Origin: a virus
DNA: 64,000 nt
Virus record (IMG/VR): IMGVR_UViG_3300017917_002765
Span: 64,001-128,000 of that record
Strand: one strand, 5' to 3'
Shown here: positions 8,501 through 17,828 of the stretch, piece by piece
Position numbering within the stretch: the stretch's first letter is position 1
Layout: every line of letters begins with the position of its first letter
Notes under the pieces: model-generated
The model's database searches: none
The model's input: only the letters and a program-made list of their open reading frames with translations
Told to the model about the DNA's origin: nothing
Program-made: the position numbers and the translations under genes

Positions 8501-8701
8501 TTAAGCTTCTGTTGATTCACCTGATTCTTCTGTTTTATTCTTAGTAGAAACCTCTATTCTAATTTCTTGAGCAACTGCTTTGATGTCTTGTAACCCTTTT
8601 CTAAGTCTTACACCAGCCGCTTTGTTATCTCTCTCAAAAAATTTTGTTGCATCTTCTTGTAGATTCTCAACAAGTGTTTTTAATTCATTAAACTTTTCCA
8701 T
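8501..8701 (-). CDS. histone H1-like protein (Bacteroidota Hc1 family)
   Basis: The signature DATKFFERDNKAAGVRLRKGLQDIK..AQEIR matches KF.EKGNKAAGTR.RK. Confidence 0.85.
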   Translation of the reverse strand: MEKFNELKTLVENLQEDATKFFERDNKAAGVRLRKGLQDIKAVAQEIRIEVSTKNKTEESGESTEA

Positions 8702-8921
8702 TTTCTTGTTTGGTTTTTGTTTGTTCGTTATTTAACATAGTCATAAACTTACCTAAACTAAGTTCACATATTGCTATGTCTTTAAGTAATTTTTTAATCG
8801 TAAAAACTTTATTGTCGGTATCAATGTCTAAATTAACACTGCGTTCCAACTCTGTTTCTAAACGAAGTTTTTCAGTTGTCATATCCGAAATGACTAATTC
8901 GATAAATCTTTGTGTATTCAT
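8688..8921 (-). CDS. hypothetical protein
   Basis: 77 aa helical ORF. A CTATTTAT motif lies at 8951-8958 upstream. Confidence 0.65.
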   Translation of the reverse strand: MNTQRFIELVISDMTTEKLRLETELERSVNLDIDTDNKVFTIKKLLKDIAICELSLGKFMTMLNNEQTKTKQENGKV

Positions 8922-8969
8922 ATAGTAAAACTAATGATTTTTATGTAAAAATAAATAGTAAATCCAATA

Positions 8970-9437
8970 TTATTTTAAAGAAGCATCCATTAATTTATAA
9001 ATTTCAATAAAAGTATCCATTTCAGAATTAGTTTTTATTTTAGTATAATCAAATATTTCACCCCATAATTTAAGACTAACTCTATCAATATAATCTATAG
9101 GTTTTTTTTCCAAAGAATAGAAAACTTCAAGCATATATTGTAAAAAATAATCGTATAACTTGACGCTATCTATCACTATCCCTTCAGATGTAAAATTTGA
9201 TACATTCTTGTTCCAACACCACTTGAAGTGATTAACCTGACTGTTTGTAGTATTGGTTACATCGTCACCCAAATAAGTTTCATAAATAAGCCTTAACAAG
9301 GATTGCACATAATCACCATAAAGTTCACATCTATCAAACTTTACGTTATTAGCGTCATACATAACCATGATGCTTTCCTTGCTCATAGGATTATTTATAT
9401 AGCTGAAAAAATCCCTATTTTTTCCATCACTACTCAT
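8970..9437 (-). CDS. hypothetical protein
   Basis: The likely start is the ATG at 9437 (MSSDGK), downstream of a TACTTAT motif. Confidence 0.75.
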   Translation of the reverse strand: MSSDGKNRDFFSYINNPMSKESIMVMYDANNVKFDRCELYGDYVQSLLRLIYETYLGDDVTNTTNSQVNHFKWCWNKNVSNFTSEGIVIDSVKLYDYFLQYMLEVFYSLEKKPIDYIDRVSLKLWGEIFDYTKIKTNSEMDTFIEIYKLMDASLK

Positions 9438-9476
9438 ATTATTTAAATATAAGTAGTTGATTTTCAAAATAAACAC

Positions 9477-10091
9477 TTATGCTTTTAACCAAGCGTAAAA
9501 TTGATTGGTTTTAGCTGTTCTATCATCCAAACCATGTGTTCCACCATTTATTTTTTTGGTAATGGATAAAATTGTTTCCGCATTTACACCTTTATCAGCA
9601 ATTTCCCATAATTTATTTTTTGTAAAGAAAAACATAGCTGATTCAAAAGATAATTCAGTTGCAACCAATTCTGGATTTGTCATGATTTCTGGTTTGTTTA
9701 AGTGTTCTGATAATTGTCTATAGTTGTCTTTACCAGTTGTTTGTAAGGCACCTCTACCTCTGAATAAAAACCCTTCTTTTGATGCTTCGTTACCATTTCC
9801 CATTCTATTGGCATAAACTCTAGATGCTATTTTTTCTGGATTTTTAGCATATAATTCAGCTAAATTACCTGGAAAATACTTAGTAAAAACTTTATTTAAA
9901 CCATCCACCGAATAATTTAAATTTTCAGTGAATGTTGAGTAATTTCCAGTTTCATGTGCTGTTTGTCCAAAAAAGTGTGCAGCTCTTTCTGGTGTTAGGT
10001 TAAAAAAAGCAGCTGCTTTTTTCAAAGTAGTTGGTCCAAATACACCATCAGGTGTGACACCAATTTTTTCTTGTAGTTTTTTTAAACTCAT
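9477..10091 (-). CDS. GH19 (chitinase-like) endolysin with N-terminal peptidoglycan-binding motif
   Basis: PG-binding motif LQEKIGVTPDGVFGPTT. GH19 motifs HFFGQTAHET, ENLNYS, YANRMGNG, FRGRGALQTTGKDNY and TKKINGGTHGLDDR. Confidence 0.9.
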   Translation of the reverse strand: MSLKKLQEKIGVTPDGVFGPTTLKKAAAFFNLTPERAAHFFGQTAHETGNYSTFTENLNYSVDGLNKVFTKYFPGNLAELYAKNPEKIASRVYANRMGNGNEASKEGFLFRGRGALQTTGKDNYRQLSEHLNKPEIMTNPELVATELSFESAMFFFTKNKLWEIADKGVNAETILSITKKINGGTHGLDDRTAKTNQFYAWLKA

Positions 10092-10114
10092 GGCTTTTGT
10101 TTTAGGTTTATTTA

Positions 10115-10792
10115 TTATTCTTTTTTATCGGATGCATATTTAACACCCATTATTGTACCGACAATACTAAATGCATTAGTTAAAAGAATACCAAACATGT
10201 TGCTCCATGTTGAACCAATTATTTGTGTTTCTTTATTCATAAAGATAGCAACTAAATATAAAATTGTTGTTGTTATTCCAACTCCAACGATTACATATAA
10301 GGCACTTTTAACTATTGTATTGATGAGTTCAAATTGAGTTTTCTTTTGAAGGACATCTAAATCGTTTTCAACATTCTTTTTAGCGTTTTCAGCTTCCTGT
10401 CTTGCCAATTCAGATTTTTTCATTTCTTCAACAAGTTCTCTACCAATTCTTTCATTATCTTCTTTCCAAGCAATCAATTCTCTATTTTGCAATTCAATCT
10501 GATTTTTTGAATCTTCAACACTTTTTAGTGTTTCTTGGATTTCAACCATCATTTTCTCGTTTTCATTATTAAGGTCAGATAACTCTTTATTTTTTGTTTG
10601 GATTTGTTTTGTCATTTCCAGACGTTTCTTACGAACTTCTTTATCTCTAGTAAAACAATCATCAAGATACTTCTTGAATTCTTCGTCACCAGATGAATCA
10701 ATTAGTCTAATAATATTACCTTCTAACCCTATATTTTTTTTATTATATAGTTCTATAAGGTCTTTTCTAGTTGTTTCATCTAACTGTATCAT
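10115..10792 (-). CDS. coiled-coil protein with two C-terminal TM helices (holin-like candidate)
   Basis: A long heptad-rich region followed by two hydrophobic helices. Its start overlaps the receiver stop (TAATG). Confidence 0.75.
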   Translation of the reverse strand: MIQLDETTRKDLIELYNKKNIGLEGNIIRLIDSSGDEEFKKYLDDCFTRDKEVRKKRLEMTKQIQTKNKELSDLNNENEKMMVEIQETLKSVEDSKNQIELQNRELIAWKEDNERIGRELVEEMKKSELARQEAENAKKNVENDLDVLQKKTQFELINTIVKSALYVIVGVGITTTILYLVAIFMNKETQIIGSTWSNMFGILLTNAFSIVGTIMGVKYASDKKE

Positions 10793-11223
10793 TATTTGTA
10801 AATTTTAAAAGGTGCCGTTCTATTCTTATAGCCTTTGTAATCTTTTTTAAATTCCTCTAGTCTTGGTTCTATTTCGTCTGACTTAATAATCCAGAATTGA
10901 GCACCAGCTTGAATTGCTTTAGCTTGTTCTTCTGATTCGTTTGATGAAGAAATAATACCAATTACCACATGGTTACCGTATTCAAAATTGATTCGTCTAA
11001 TTAATTCTATACCATCAAATGATGAACCAATTATGTTTAAATCAACAAATACACATTCTGGTTTGTCTTGCGGGTCCTTATACCATTTCTTAAACAATTC
11101 AGCAGCTTCATCTGAACTCTTTAACGTTTTAAGTGATAGTGTAATGTCTAATAGACTGCAACAGTCTTCAAAAACTAAGTGGAATAAATCCTCATCATCC
11201 ACCAACAACAATGAATCAATCAT
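10792..11223 (-). CDS. single-domain response regulator (receiver)
   Basis: Acidic pocket LLVDDE, phosphoacceptor VFVDLN, ISSS, and GAQFWIIKS with the conserved Lys. No output domain. Confidence 0.9.
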   Translation of the reverse strand: MIDSLLLVDDEDLFHLVFEDCCSLLDITLSLKTLKSSDEAAELFKKWYKDPQDKPECVFVDLNIIGSSFDGIELIRRINFEYGNHVVIGIISSSNESEEQAKAIQAGAQFWIIKSDEIEPRLEEFKKDYKGYKNRTAPFKIYK

Positions 11224-11224
11224 T

Positions 11225-12352
11225 TTAATTTGTTTTATTTAAGTTTATTGTTATTTTTGTACCAATTTCCAATTTTTCGGAAGTTATTTTAAATCCGTGT
11301 TCCTTAAGTATTGCAACACATATATTTAACCCTAAACCGCTGCCACTTTCTTTTTGACCTTCTTTTCTTGTATAAGGTTTTGATAGTTTTAAAAACTCTT
11401 CTTGTGTTAAACCTCTACCATTATCTTGTATTATTATTTCATTAGGATTTTCAAAATAAACTTTAACTATTTTAGTACTACTGTCATTATATTTCAAACC
11501 ATTTCTAATCAAATTATCTATTGCAGTACAAAATAATGGTTCATTAACTTCTATTGTGGGTAAACTATCATCTAAGATTACTTGAGAAACATATGCTGTC
11601 GAGGACAAATAGTCTTTGAGAATGTCTTTGATATTACACATAGTTTTTGTTAGACAAGCATCTTTTTTAACTAGATTTGTAAATTCATAAACACCTTTAT
11701 AAACCTTTTGAGTGTGTCTAAGCCCTTCTTTAATCATTTTCATAGGGGCCTCTATTTTAAGATTTTCAATATCTTCTGGTTTTAATCTACGTTCAAGTGA
11801 ACTTAATCCTCTTGGTATGTAAGTGTTGATACCAGAGTGCATATCGTGACGTATGATTTTAGCAGCGTGTTCTAAATAGGTGTTTTTTCTCTCTATTTCA
11901 TCTTTTGCAGCCATTATTTCGGTAACGTCTTGTCTAATAGAAACAAAACCTTTAAGACTTCCAATTTCATCAAATTCTGCTTTAATAAAAGTGTCTACAT
12001 AATATAATTCACCATTTTTTGTTTTATTGATACAGACACCATTCCATATTTTTTTATCTTTAAGAACCGTTTTGTACATTTCAAACCACATGTCCTTTGG
12101 ATGAATACCAGAATTGAGAATATTATGGTCTTTACCTATAACTTCATGCAATTTCCACCCAGATACAATTTCAAACTTTTTGTTAACATATGTTATCTTA
12201 CCATGTTTATCAGCTTTGGTTATAATAGCAGCTTCATCAATAAAAGCTTCTAGTTCACGCAATTCTTTAACAACCTTATCATTCTTAATAAATGATGTTA
12301 AAGCATAGAGATTGCATTTAAATTTATTAAAAAAATTTTTAAAAACTTCCAT
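11225..12352 (-). CDS. soluble PAS-domain sensor histidine kinase
   Basis: PAS/PAC (GKITYVN...IRQDVTE), H-box IIRHDMHS, N-box NLIRNGLKY, G1 DNGRG and G2 GSGLGL. No TM helix. Confidence 0.92.
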   Translation of the reverse strand: MEVFKNFFNKFKCNLYALTSFIKNDKVVKELRELEAFIDEAAIITKADKHGKITYVNKKFEIVSGWKLHEVIGKDHNILNSGIHPKDMWFEMYKTVLKDKKIWNGVCINKTKNGELYYVDTFIKAEFDEIGSLKGFVSIRQDVTEIMAAKDEIERKNTYLEHAAKIIRHDMHSGINTYIPRGLSSLERRLKPEDIENLKIEAPMKMIKEGLRHTQKVYKGVYEFTNLVKKDACLTKTMCNIKDILKDYLSSTAYVSQVILDDSLPTIEVNEPLFCTAIDNLIRNGLKYNDSSTKIVKVYFENPNEIIIQDNGRGLTQEEFLKLSKPYTRKEGQKESGSGLGLNICVAILKEHGFKITSEKLEIGTKITINLNKTN

Positions 12353-12400
12353 TTATACTAACAAACTATTTACTTTTTTATTTTATAACCTTTGTCACTT

Positions 12401-12408
12401 ATAAATAT
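12401..12408 (-). promoter_or_regulatory. putative late promoter ATATTTAT for the kinase-receiver-membrane-endolysin cluster
   Basis: Recurrent motif immediately after the terminator at 12420-12448. Confidence 0.55.
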
Positions 12409-12419
12409 CTTTATAAAAT

Positions 12420-12448
12420 AAAAAACCCCCTAAATTAGGGGGTTTTTT
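12420..12448 (-). terminator. intrinsic terminator
   Basis: AAAAAACCCCCTA-aat-TAGGGGGTTTTTT. Confidence 0.9.
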
Positions 12449-12467
12449 GTATTGTTAATATAAATGA

Positions 12468-14396
12468 TTACAAATCACCATATTTTTTCATCTCATCATA
12501 GATTTTTTCTGCTCTGTCAATGGCTTTCATTGATTTGTCTTTTGCAATTGATGTATAAATTTCATCATCTGGAACGTCAATCATTTCACCTTTAACCATA
12601 ATTTTGAATTCATCTCTAGCATTTGAGAATAATTTGAAACCTTCATCATCCATTGATGTTGAAGATGGCACCACAAGGTCTTCTTCATCATCAGCTTTTA
12701 TGTCAGTTGGTAAATCGGTTTTAAAATCACCAACTTCTGGTTCTTTTTCGTCAGAATCGTTATCATCAGATTTTGCCCAGTTGCTATCATCAGCTGGTTC
12801 TTCTCCTTCTTCGTCATCGATTTCTGGTTCAGATGGTAAGTCAGAAAATTCTTCCTCTTCTTCCTCAGTTACTTTTTTTTTTGAAAGTTCTTCCATGTAT
12901 TCTTTCATCATAGATTCTTCATCCATTGGTTCTTCATTCATAAGGTCAAAAGTTTCATCCATCATTTTACCTTCTTCTTGTTCTTCTTTAGCCTCACTTT
13001 TCATCCAACCTTCTTTTGTTTCTGTTTCATCCTTTCTTTTTTTAGAATAACAACCAACAACACAAGGTTTTTTACCTTCTTTTTCTTTATCTTCAGAATT
13101 TTTTTTCACTATACTTGATGAACCGTCTTTATTATTTTTATACTCATAATCTTTTTCTTTTTCTTTGGTTTCTTTAAGGTGAACGTGTTTTTTAGCTTCT
13201 GGTGCTTGTGAAACATCAGCATCTTCCCAGTGACCTTCTTTTGGTTTAGCATCTGATTCAATGTTTTTGCCAGATGAACTCTTCATAGGCTTCTTAGCTT
13301 CTGGAGCGTGAGAAACAGCCTTATCAGGGTTTCCATCTTTACTCTTAGCAATAGGGGAATCTTTCTTAACAGAACCTGACACATGCTTGGTTGATTCAGC
13401 AGCTTTTTTGGTTTCTTCATCCCAATTACCCTCTTTAGCATCAGCACCTTCCATATCTTCTGATTCAGTCATCAAAGATTTGGTTTTATTCCAAATATCA
13501 CCAAAAATTTTATTTTCATCAAGTCTTTCTTTACCTTTTAAAACACCAAGAGTTTCATGTGATTTATAACCAAATAAGGCTTTCATTCTGTTAATATCTT
13601 CATTAACTAAATTTTGGTCAGCAGCAGTTAACACAACAGCTTTACCTTCGTTTAATGAACCTTCCCAACGGATTTTGTATGATTCGTTTCCATCAGTCAT
13701 TTCAAATATTTTGTTATTTACTCTATACGCTTCTGGGATAAGTTTTAAAGCGTTTCCAACACCATTAAATGGGTTTTTGAATTTTAATCTTTTCATGGTT
13801 TCTTTTATTTGTGGTTTATTGTTATCGTCTTTTTTTACATCACTTTCATTTACAGCTGAAAATCTTGTATTTTGTAAATTAGGTCTCGATTCGTTTTCTA
13901 CGTCATCACCAAAACTGTAAAGTCCTTTTTCAGCATCAGCTCTTTTCTTGAATGAAGCTTTAATATTCTTCACCAAGTTCTTACCAAATTCTGGTCCTTG
14001 AAATCCTTTTTGTTTTTCAACAACATTAGCCCATTCAGGGTTATTACCCATATTTGAACTACCTTCAATAGCTTCTATAGCTCTTTCTTTAAATCTTTTA
14101 TTTGGTTCTGAAGCATATTGAATCATCTCTTGACCGTTCATGATTTCCATTTGGTCATGATATGTCTTTTCAGACTCATAATCGTAGTTAAATTTATTAG
14201 GCGCCATTTGGTTGGCGTTAGGGTCTTCCTTAACAGCCTTTTCAAATTCAGCAACCTTTTTTTCTATGTCTTTAACACCATCTTTGTTTTCTTTAGCCGA
14301 TTTTTTCTTAGCAGCATTTGTTACAGAAATACCTGGAGTAACTTCTTCTGATAAGAATTTTTTTGCTAGGTGTTTTTTAATTATGTTTTTGTTCAT
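12468..14396 (-). CDS. large acidic protein, putative capsid-internal/head protein
   Basis: 642 aa, E/D/K-rich, with an LVNEDINRMKAL motif and internal repeats. A late motif lies at 14413-14420. Confidence 0.7.
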   Translation of the reverse strand: MNKNIIKKHLAKKFLSEEVTPGISVTNAAKKKSAKENKDGVKDIEKKVAEFEKAVKEDPNANQMAPNKFNYDYESEKTYHDQMEIMNGQEMIQYASEPNKRFKERAIEAIEGSSNMGNNPEWANVVEKQKGFQGPEFGKNLVKNIKASFKKRADAEKGLYSFGDDVENESRPNLQNTRFSAVNESDVKKDDNNKPQIKETMKRLKFKNPFNGVGNALKLIPEAYRVNNKIFEMTDGNESYKIRWEGSLNEGKAVVLTAADQNLVNEDINRMKALFGYKSHETLGVLKGKERLDENKIFGDIWNKTKSLMTESEDMEGADAKEGNWDEETKKAAESTKHVSGSVKKDSPIAKSKDGNPDKAVSHAPEAKKPMKSSSGKNIESDAKPKEGHWEDADVSQAPEAKKHVHLKETKEKEKDYEYKNNKDGSSSIVKKNSEDKEKEGKKPCVVGCYSKKRKDETETKEGWMKSEAKEEQEEGKMMDETFDLMNEEPMDEESMMKEYMEELSKKKVTEEEEEEFSDLPSEPEIDDEEGEEPADDSNWAKSDDNDSDEKEPEVGDFKTDLPTDIKADDEEDLVVPSSTSMDDEGFKLFSNARDEFKIMVKGEMIDVPDDEIYTSIAKDKSMKAIDRAEKIYDEMKKYGDL

Positions 14397-14437
14397 CTTT
14401 TATGATTTAATAATAAATATCTTCGTTTTTAGTAAAG

Positions 14438-16369
14438 TTAATTCGCTTTAGGTGTGTTGTTTGAACTTTCACTCAATGAAGGAGCATTAACATTACTACC
14501 AGTTGTCTTTAATTTAACAACATTGTCAACGGCTCCTTGGCTACAACCACCTTTTTGTGCTTTTTTGCTGTTATTATAACCCACACAGTTTTTGTCAAAA
14601 CTAACCATAGCACCACCAGCATATTGGGTTTTCTTAAAAGCTTTTGGTTTCTTATTTGAAAATTCAGTTGGTGATTTCATTGCAAACGCTGAAGCTGTAT
14701 ATTGTCCAGATGAAGCAGCAGTTGTTGTTTCACCTACTACTGGTACATCCAAATCGTTTGTATCTACTGGCATTTCTCTCTTGGTCATACCCATTGGTGC
14801 TGTAAATGCTCCAGATGACGCAGCAGTTGTTGTTTCTTCAATACCATAACGAGCTTTTAACTTTTCATAGTAAAATTCAAAAGGCATTTCATATAAGTCA
14901 GCCAATACTTTTGCCATTTTAATTACATCGTCTTTGGTCTTTGGTGGTTTATTTTCTTTTGGAGTGGTTGCTTTTATAATGCTCCTTGAAAACTTATCAA
15001 AAACAGAATCTTCAGTTTCGTTTATTGAACCTAACGCTTCTACAAAAGATTTATCTTTATCATACATCTTTAAAAGCTCATCTTTTAAAGGCAAATCAAT
15101 TTTAACCAAATCAACACCATCTTCCCAATCATCAACACCTTCTCCTGTTGTAAGAATATTTAAGTTGTCGTTCACATAATTTCCCAAAATATCGGAATCA
15201 ATGTCAAAATCACCATAATCAAATTCTGGTTGACCATCTTCATCTTTGTCAATATAGTCTCTAGAAACTTCGGCATATGGGCTAAAATCATCTTTATCTA
15301 TCATACCATAGTAAAAATAATATAATGACCCATCACGACCTTTAAGAATTGCTGATTCTCTATTGTACGCAATAACATCAAATAATGATTTTTTAGGTAT
15401 TCTAGCTTTATCCATATCATGCCATGGCGCATTACGGTCATATTCAGCACCAGCTGGTAAATAACCATCAGCTTCTGTTTTTAAAGTCTCGTTTTTATTA
15501 CCAATAAGATTTCTCAATTCGTTTTCAACTGCCATAATGGTTTCTTCTGGTGTACCAAATTTCTTTGATAATTCACACATACCGTTTTCTGTCACAACAA
15601 GACCTCTTGATTTTAAAGCATCTTGAATGTCATCATAGGTTAAACCATGTTTATCCCAAAATGGTGAAAATTGGTCTGTTTTACGATAAAAATATTTTAT
15701 TAAGTCTTTTGTTTCTTTCTTTAATTCCTCATCGGTTTCCATAAGTGGTTTTCCGAATTTTCCTTGAATTGAAGAAGGTAATGAAGGGTTTTTCTTTTTA
15801 ATATCAAAATTTTCTTCTTCTCCTAAATTTTTAATATCAGCACCAGCAAAATATTTTTTAAATTGCTTGTCTGTAGGGTCCATAGCTTCATTTATTAAAC
15901 CAGAAGCAAAGATTCTATTATATTGTTCTTTGGTTATTTTTAATTTTGACACCCCTGTTGGTTTCATTGCTGAAGGCGCTGTGTCAACTACCAATCCATT
16001 AGCTAATATTTCCATTGAACGACCAACACCAGTTATTTTTGGTTCAACATCCATTCCTGTATTTATACTTTTAAGGTTTCTTTTGATAGCATCAAATTCA
16101 TTAGAATCAGTTTTTTTACTGACTATTTTATTAGTCAATTCGTTATATGCAGCGTCAGAATTCTTATCTCTGTTTAAGATGGCTTTAATAACTGCATTTC
16201 TAATGTTTTCTTTTTGTAATGGTTCACCAGAAATAACAATTCTTCTTAAATCTGGACCAAGAGAAACCATTTTACTAATGCTTGAGTCTGGTTCATTCCC
16301 TTCTCCCTCATTAATTTTTTTAATACCAAGTAATTTAGCTTGTTTTTCAGTTATTATGATTTTTTTCAT
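14438..16369 (-). CDS. large putative virion/head protein
   Basis: 643 aa. The MKKIIITEKQ motif recurs internally as KLKITKEQY, and ETTTAASSG occurs twice. Confidence 0.7.
   Translation of the reverse strand: MKKIIITEKQAKLLGIKKINEGEGNEPDSSISKMVSLGPDLRRIVISGEPLQKENIRNAVIKAILNRDKNSDAAYNELTNKIVSKKTDSNEFDAIKRNLKSINTGMDVEPKITGVGRSMEILANGLVVDTAPSAMKPTGVSKLKITKEQYNRIFASGLINEAMDPTDKQFKKYFAGADIKNLGEEENFDIKKKNPSLPSSIQGKFGKPLMETDEELKKETKDLIKYFYRKTDQFSPFWDKHGLTYDDIQDALKSRGLVVTENGMCELSKKFGTPEETIMAVENELRNLIGNKNETLKTEADGYLPAGAEYDRNAPWHDMDKARIPKKSLFDVIAYNRESAILKGRDGSLYYFYYGMIDKDDFSPYAEVSRDYIDKDEDGQPEFDYGDFDIDSDILGNYVNDNLNILTTGEGVDDWEDGVDLVKIDLPLKDELLKMYDKDKSFVEALGSINETEDSVFDKFSRSIIKATTPKENKPPKTKDDVIKMAKVLADLYEMPFEFYYEKLKARYGIEETTTAASSGAFTAPMGMTKREMPVDTNDLDVPVVGETTTAASSGQYTASAFAMKSPTEFSNKKPKAFKKTQYAGGAMVSFDKNCVGYNNSKKAQKGGCSQGAVDNVVKLKTTGSNVNAPSLSESSNNTPKAN
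14706..14836 (-). repeat. 26-bp intragenic direct repeat (ETTTAASSG x2)
   Basis: ccagatga(a/c)gcagcagttgttgtttc at 14706-14731 and 14811-14836. Confidence 0.9.
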
Positions 16370-16370
16370 T

Positions 16371-16613
16371 TTAATTATTTTTGTTTGATAGGTTATTTCT
16401 CCAAACAGCTCTTTTAACCCAGAGAGTTTTATATAATTGTGTTAGAACGTTTCGTGTTATATCAACTACTTTATCTTCTAATTCTTTTTCATTTTTAAGC
16501 CTATCCTTTACAATTTTTTCAATCTTTTTCTTAAAGTCATTGCTATCCATATAGACTTTAATTTCTTTGGATACATCAGATTTATTAAGTTCCTCTTTAA
16601 TGAATTTTTTCAT
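16371..16613 (-). CDS. small hypothetical protein (likely late)
   Basis: 80 aa. A late motif lies at 16633-16640. Confidence 0.75.
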   Translation of the reverse strand: MKKFIKEELNKSDVSKEIKVYMDSNDFKKKIEKIVKDRLKNEKELEDKVVDITRNVLTQLYKTLWVKRAVWRNNLSNKNN

Positions 16614-16652
16614 GATAGGTTAAATGTTTATTATAAATATACAATTTTAAAC

Positions 16653-16677
16653 AAAAAAAGCCCCATTAGAGGCTTTT
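16653..16677 (-). terminator. intrinsic terminator
   Basis: AAAAGCC...GGCTTTT hairpin with a U-tract on the minus strand. Confidence 0.7.
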
Positions 16678-16698
16678 AATATAATATAGTTTATTATT

Positions 16699-17118
16699 TT
16701 AACGACTTAAATGCCAACCTAATAAAAACGATAATATTGCAGCAACTGGAACAGATATTGAAGCAGCAATTTTTGCTCGTCTATTAGCTTTGAATTTGTT
16801 TTCAAAATTATTTATCAGTATGCTATCATTTTTAAATCGAATATTAGCAATACTATCATTTTGAGAGTATTTTTCGGTTTGTTTTAATAAAGAACTAATT
16901 TGTTTTTCTTGACTGTTAATAGTAAATAATTGTTGAGCTTCTACTTTTTTAAGTCCCAAGTAGTCTTTATAAAGCATTCTAGTGGCAACAATATAACGAT
17001 AGTTAACAGTTACTGGTACGGTATCTTTATCGGTTAGTGACGTACTGTTCAAGGTCTCTTGTGAATAAAGAGACATTTGAATCAAAAGGAAGAGTACGAA
17101 TAAGATTAACTTCTTCAT
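16699..17118 (-). CDS. exported protein with signal peptide and C-terminal TM
   Basis: MKKLILFVLFLL signal peptide and a C-terminal hydrophobic helix. Overlaps the upstream gene by 92 nt. Confidence 0.7.
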   Translation of the reverse strand: MKKLILFVLFLLIQMSLYSQETLNSTSLTDKDTVPVTVNYRYIVATRMLYKDYLGLKKVEAQQLFTINSQEKQISSLLKQTEKYSQNDSIANIRFKNDSILINNFENKFKANRRAKIAASISVPVAAILSFLLGWHLSR

Positions 17119-17395
17119 TTGTTTTTATTTTTATAATCTTGGTTATTGTTTTGCTGTTTTCAGTTTTTTTAGCTTGTTCTTCATACATTTTTTTATAAAT
17201 TTCAATACTATCTAGGTTTTTTTGATATTGTTTCATCAATTCTTTATTCTCTTTGACAATAACCTTTACCTCTCTTCTAGTTAAAAACTTTTCAACTGAT
17301 GGTGTAAATACTATAGCTAGTATTATTATAATGACCGCAAATATTAAATAAGTTTTGTATTTATCAACATATTTAAAAAATTCTTTCCAGAACAT
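17027..17395 (-). CDS. N-anchored coiled-coil membrane protein (i-spanin-like)
   Basis: One N-terminal TM helix followed by a coiled coil. Confidence 0.65.
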   Translation of the reverse strand: MFWKEFFKYVDKYKTYLIFAVIIIILAIVFTPSVEKFLTRREVKVIVKENKELMKQYQKNLDSIEIYKKMYEEQAKKTENSKTITKIIKIKTNEEVNLIRTLPFDSNVSLFTRDLEQYVTNR

Positions 17396-17396
17396 A

Positions 17397-17828
17397 TTAC
17401 ATTGGTTTTTGTTTTATTTCATCATTTATTTTTACAGCCCATTCATCTCTCCATTTCTGAAAATAACCAGTTATTTTGTTAACCTTATTGTTATTCTCAG
17501 CTGTTAAATCATATGGTTCAACCGTTGAAAGCTCAGCTTCGTCTTTTATCAATTCAAATCTAAAAGACAATTTACCAAATAACATAGTACCAGTCATGAT
17601 AACATTTTTGTTTTGTGGGTTGATGTAAGCATTAAAGTTGTCTATTTCAATACTAGAATCAACAATGTCTTTAATCTTTTTTAATTCTTCTTGATAAACA
17701 GTGTTACCTGGACCATATTCAATAGTGTCTTTTTGTTCATCTACTTCCTTTATGATACCCATGTAACCACCCCTAATGACATCCATCATTTTCTTGGTCA
17801 TGTCATGTTCGTTAATTCGTTCTTTCAT
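17397..17828 (-). CDS. hypothetical protein
   Basis: 143 aa ORF in the operon. Confidence 0.75.
   Translation of the reverse strand: MKERINEHDMTKKMMDVIRGGYMGIIKEVDEQKDTIEYGPGNTVYQEELKKIKDIVDSSIEIDNFNAYINPQNKNVIMTGTMLFGKLSFRFELIKDEAELSTVEPYDLTAENNNKVNKITGYFQKWRDEWAVKINDEIKQKPM

Noticed and set aside
12604-16388. Long plus-strand ORFs (e.g. 12604..13050, 15867..16388; likewise 21554..22735, 48739..49212, 60239..60610)
   Set aside because: They are Ser/Phe/Leu-rich antisense shadows of E/K/D-rich minus-strand genes, mostly without plausible starts.
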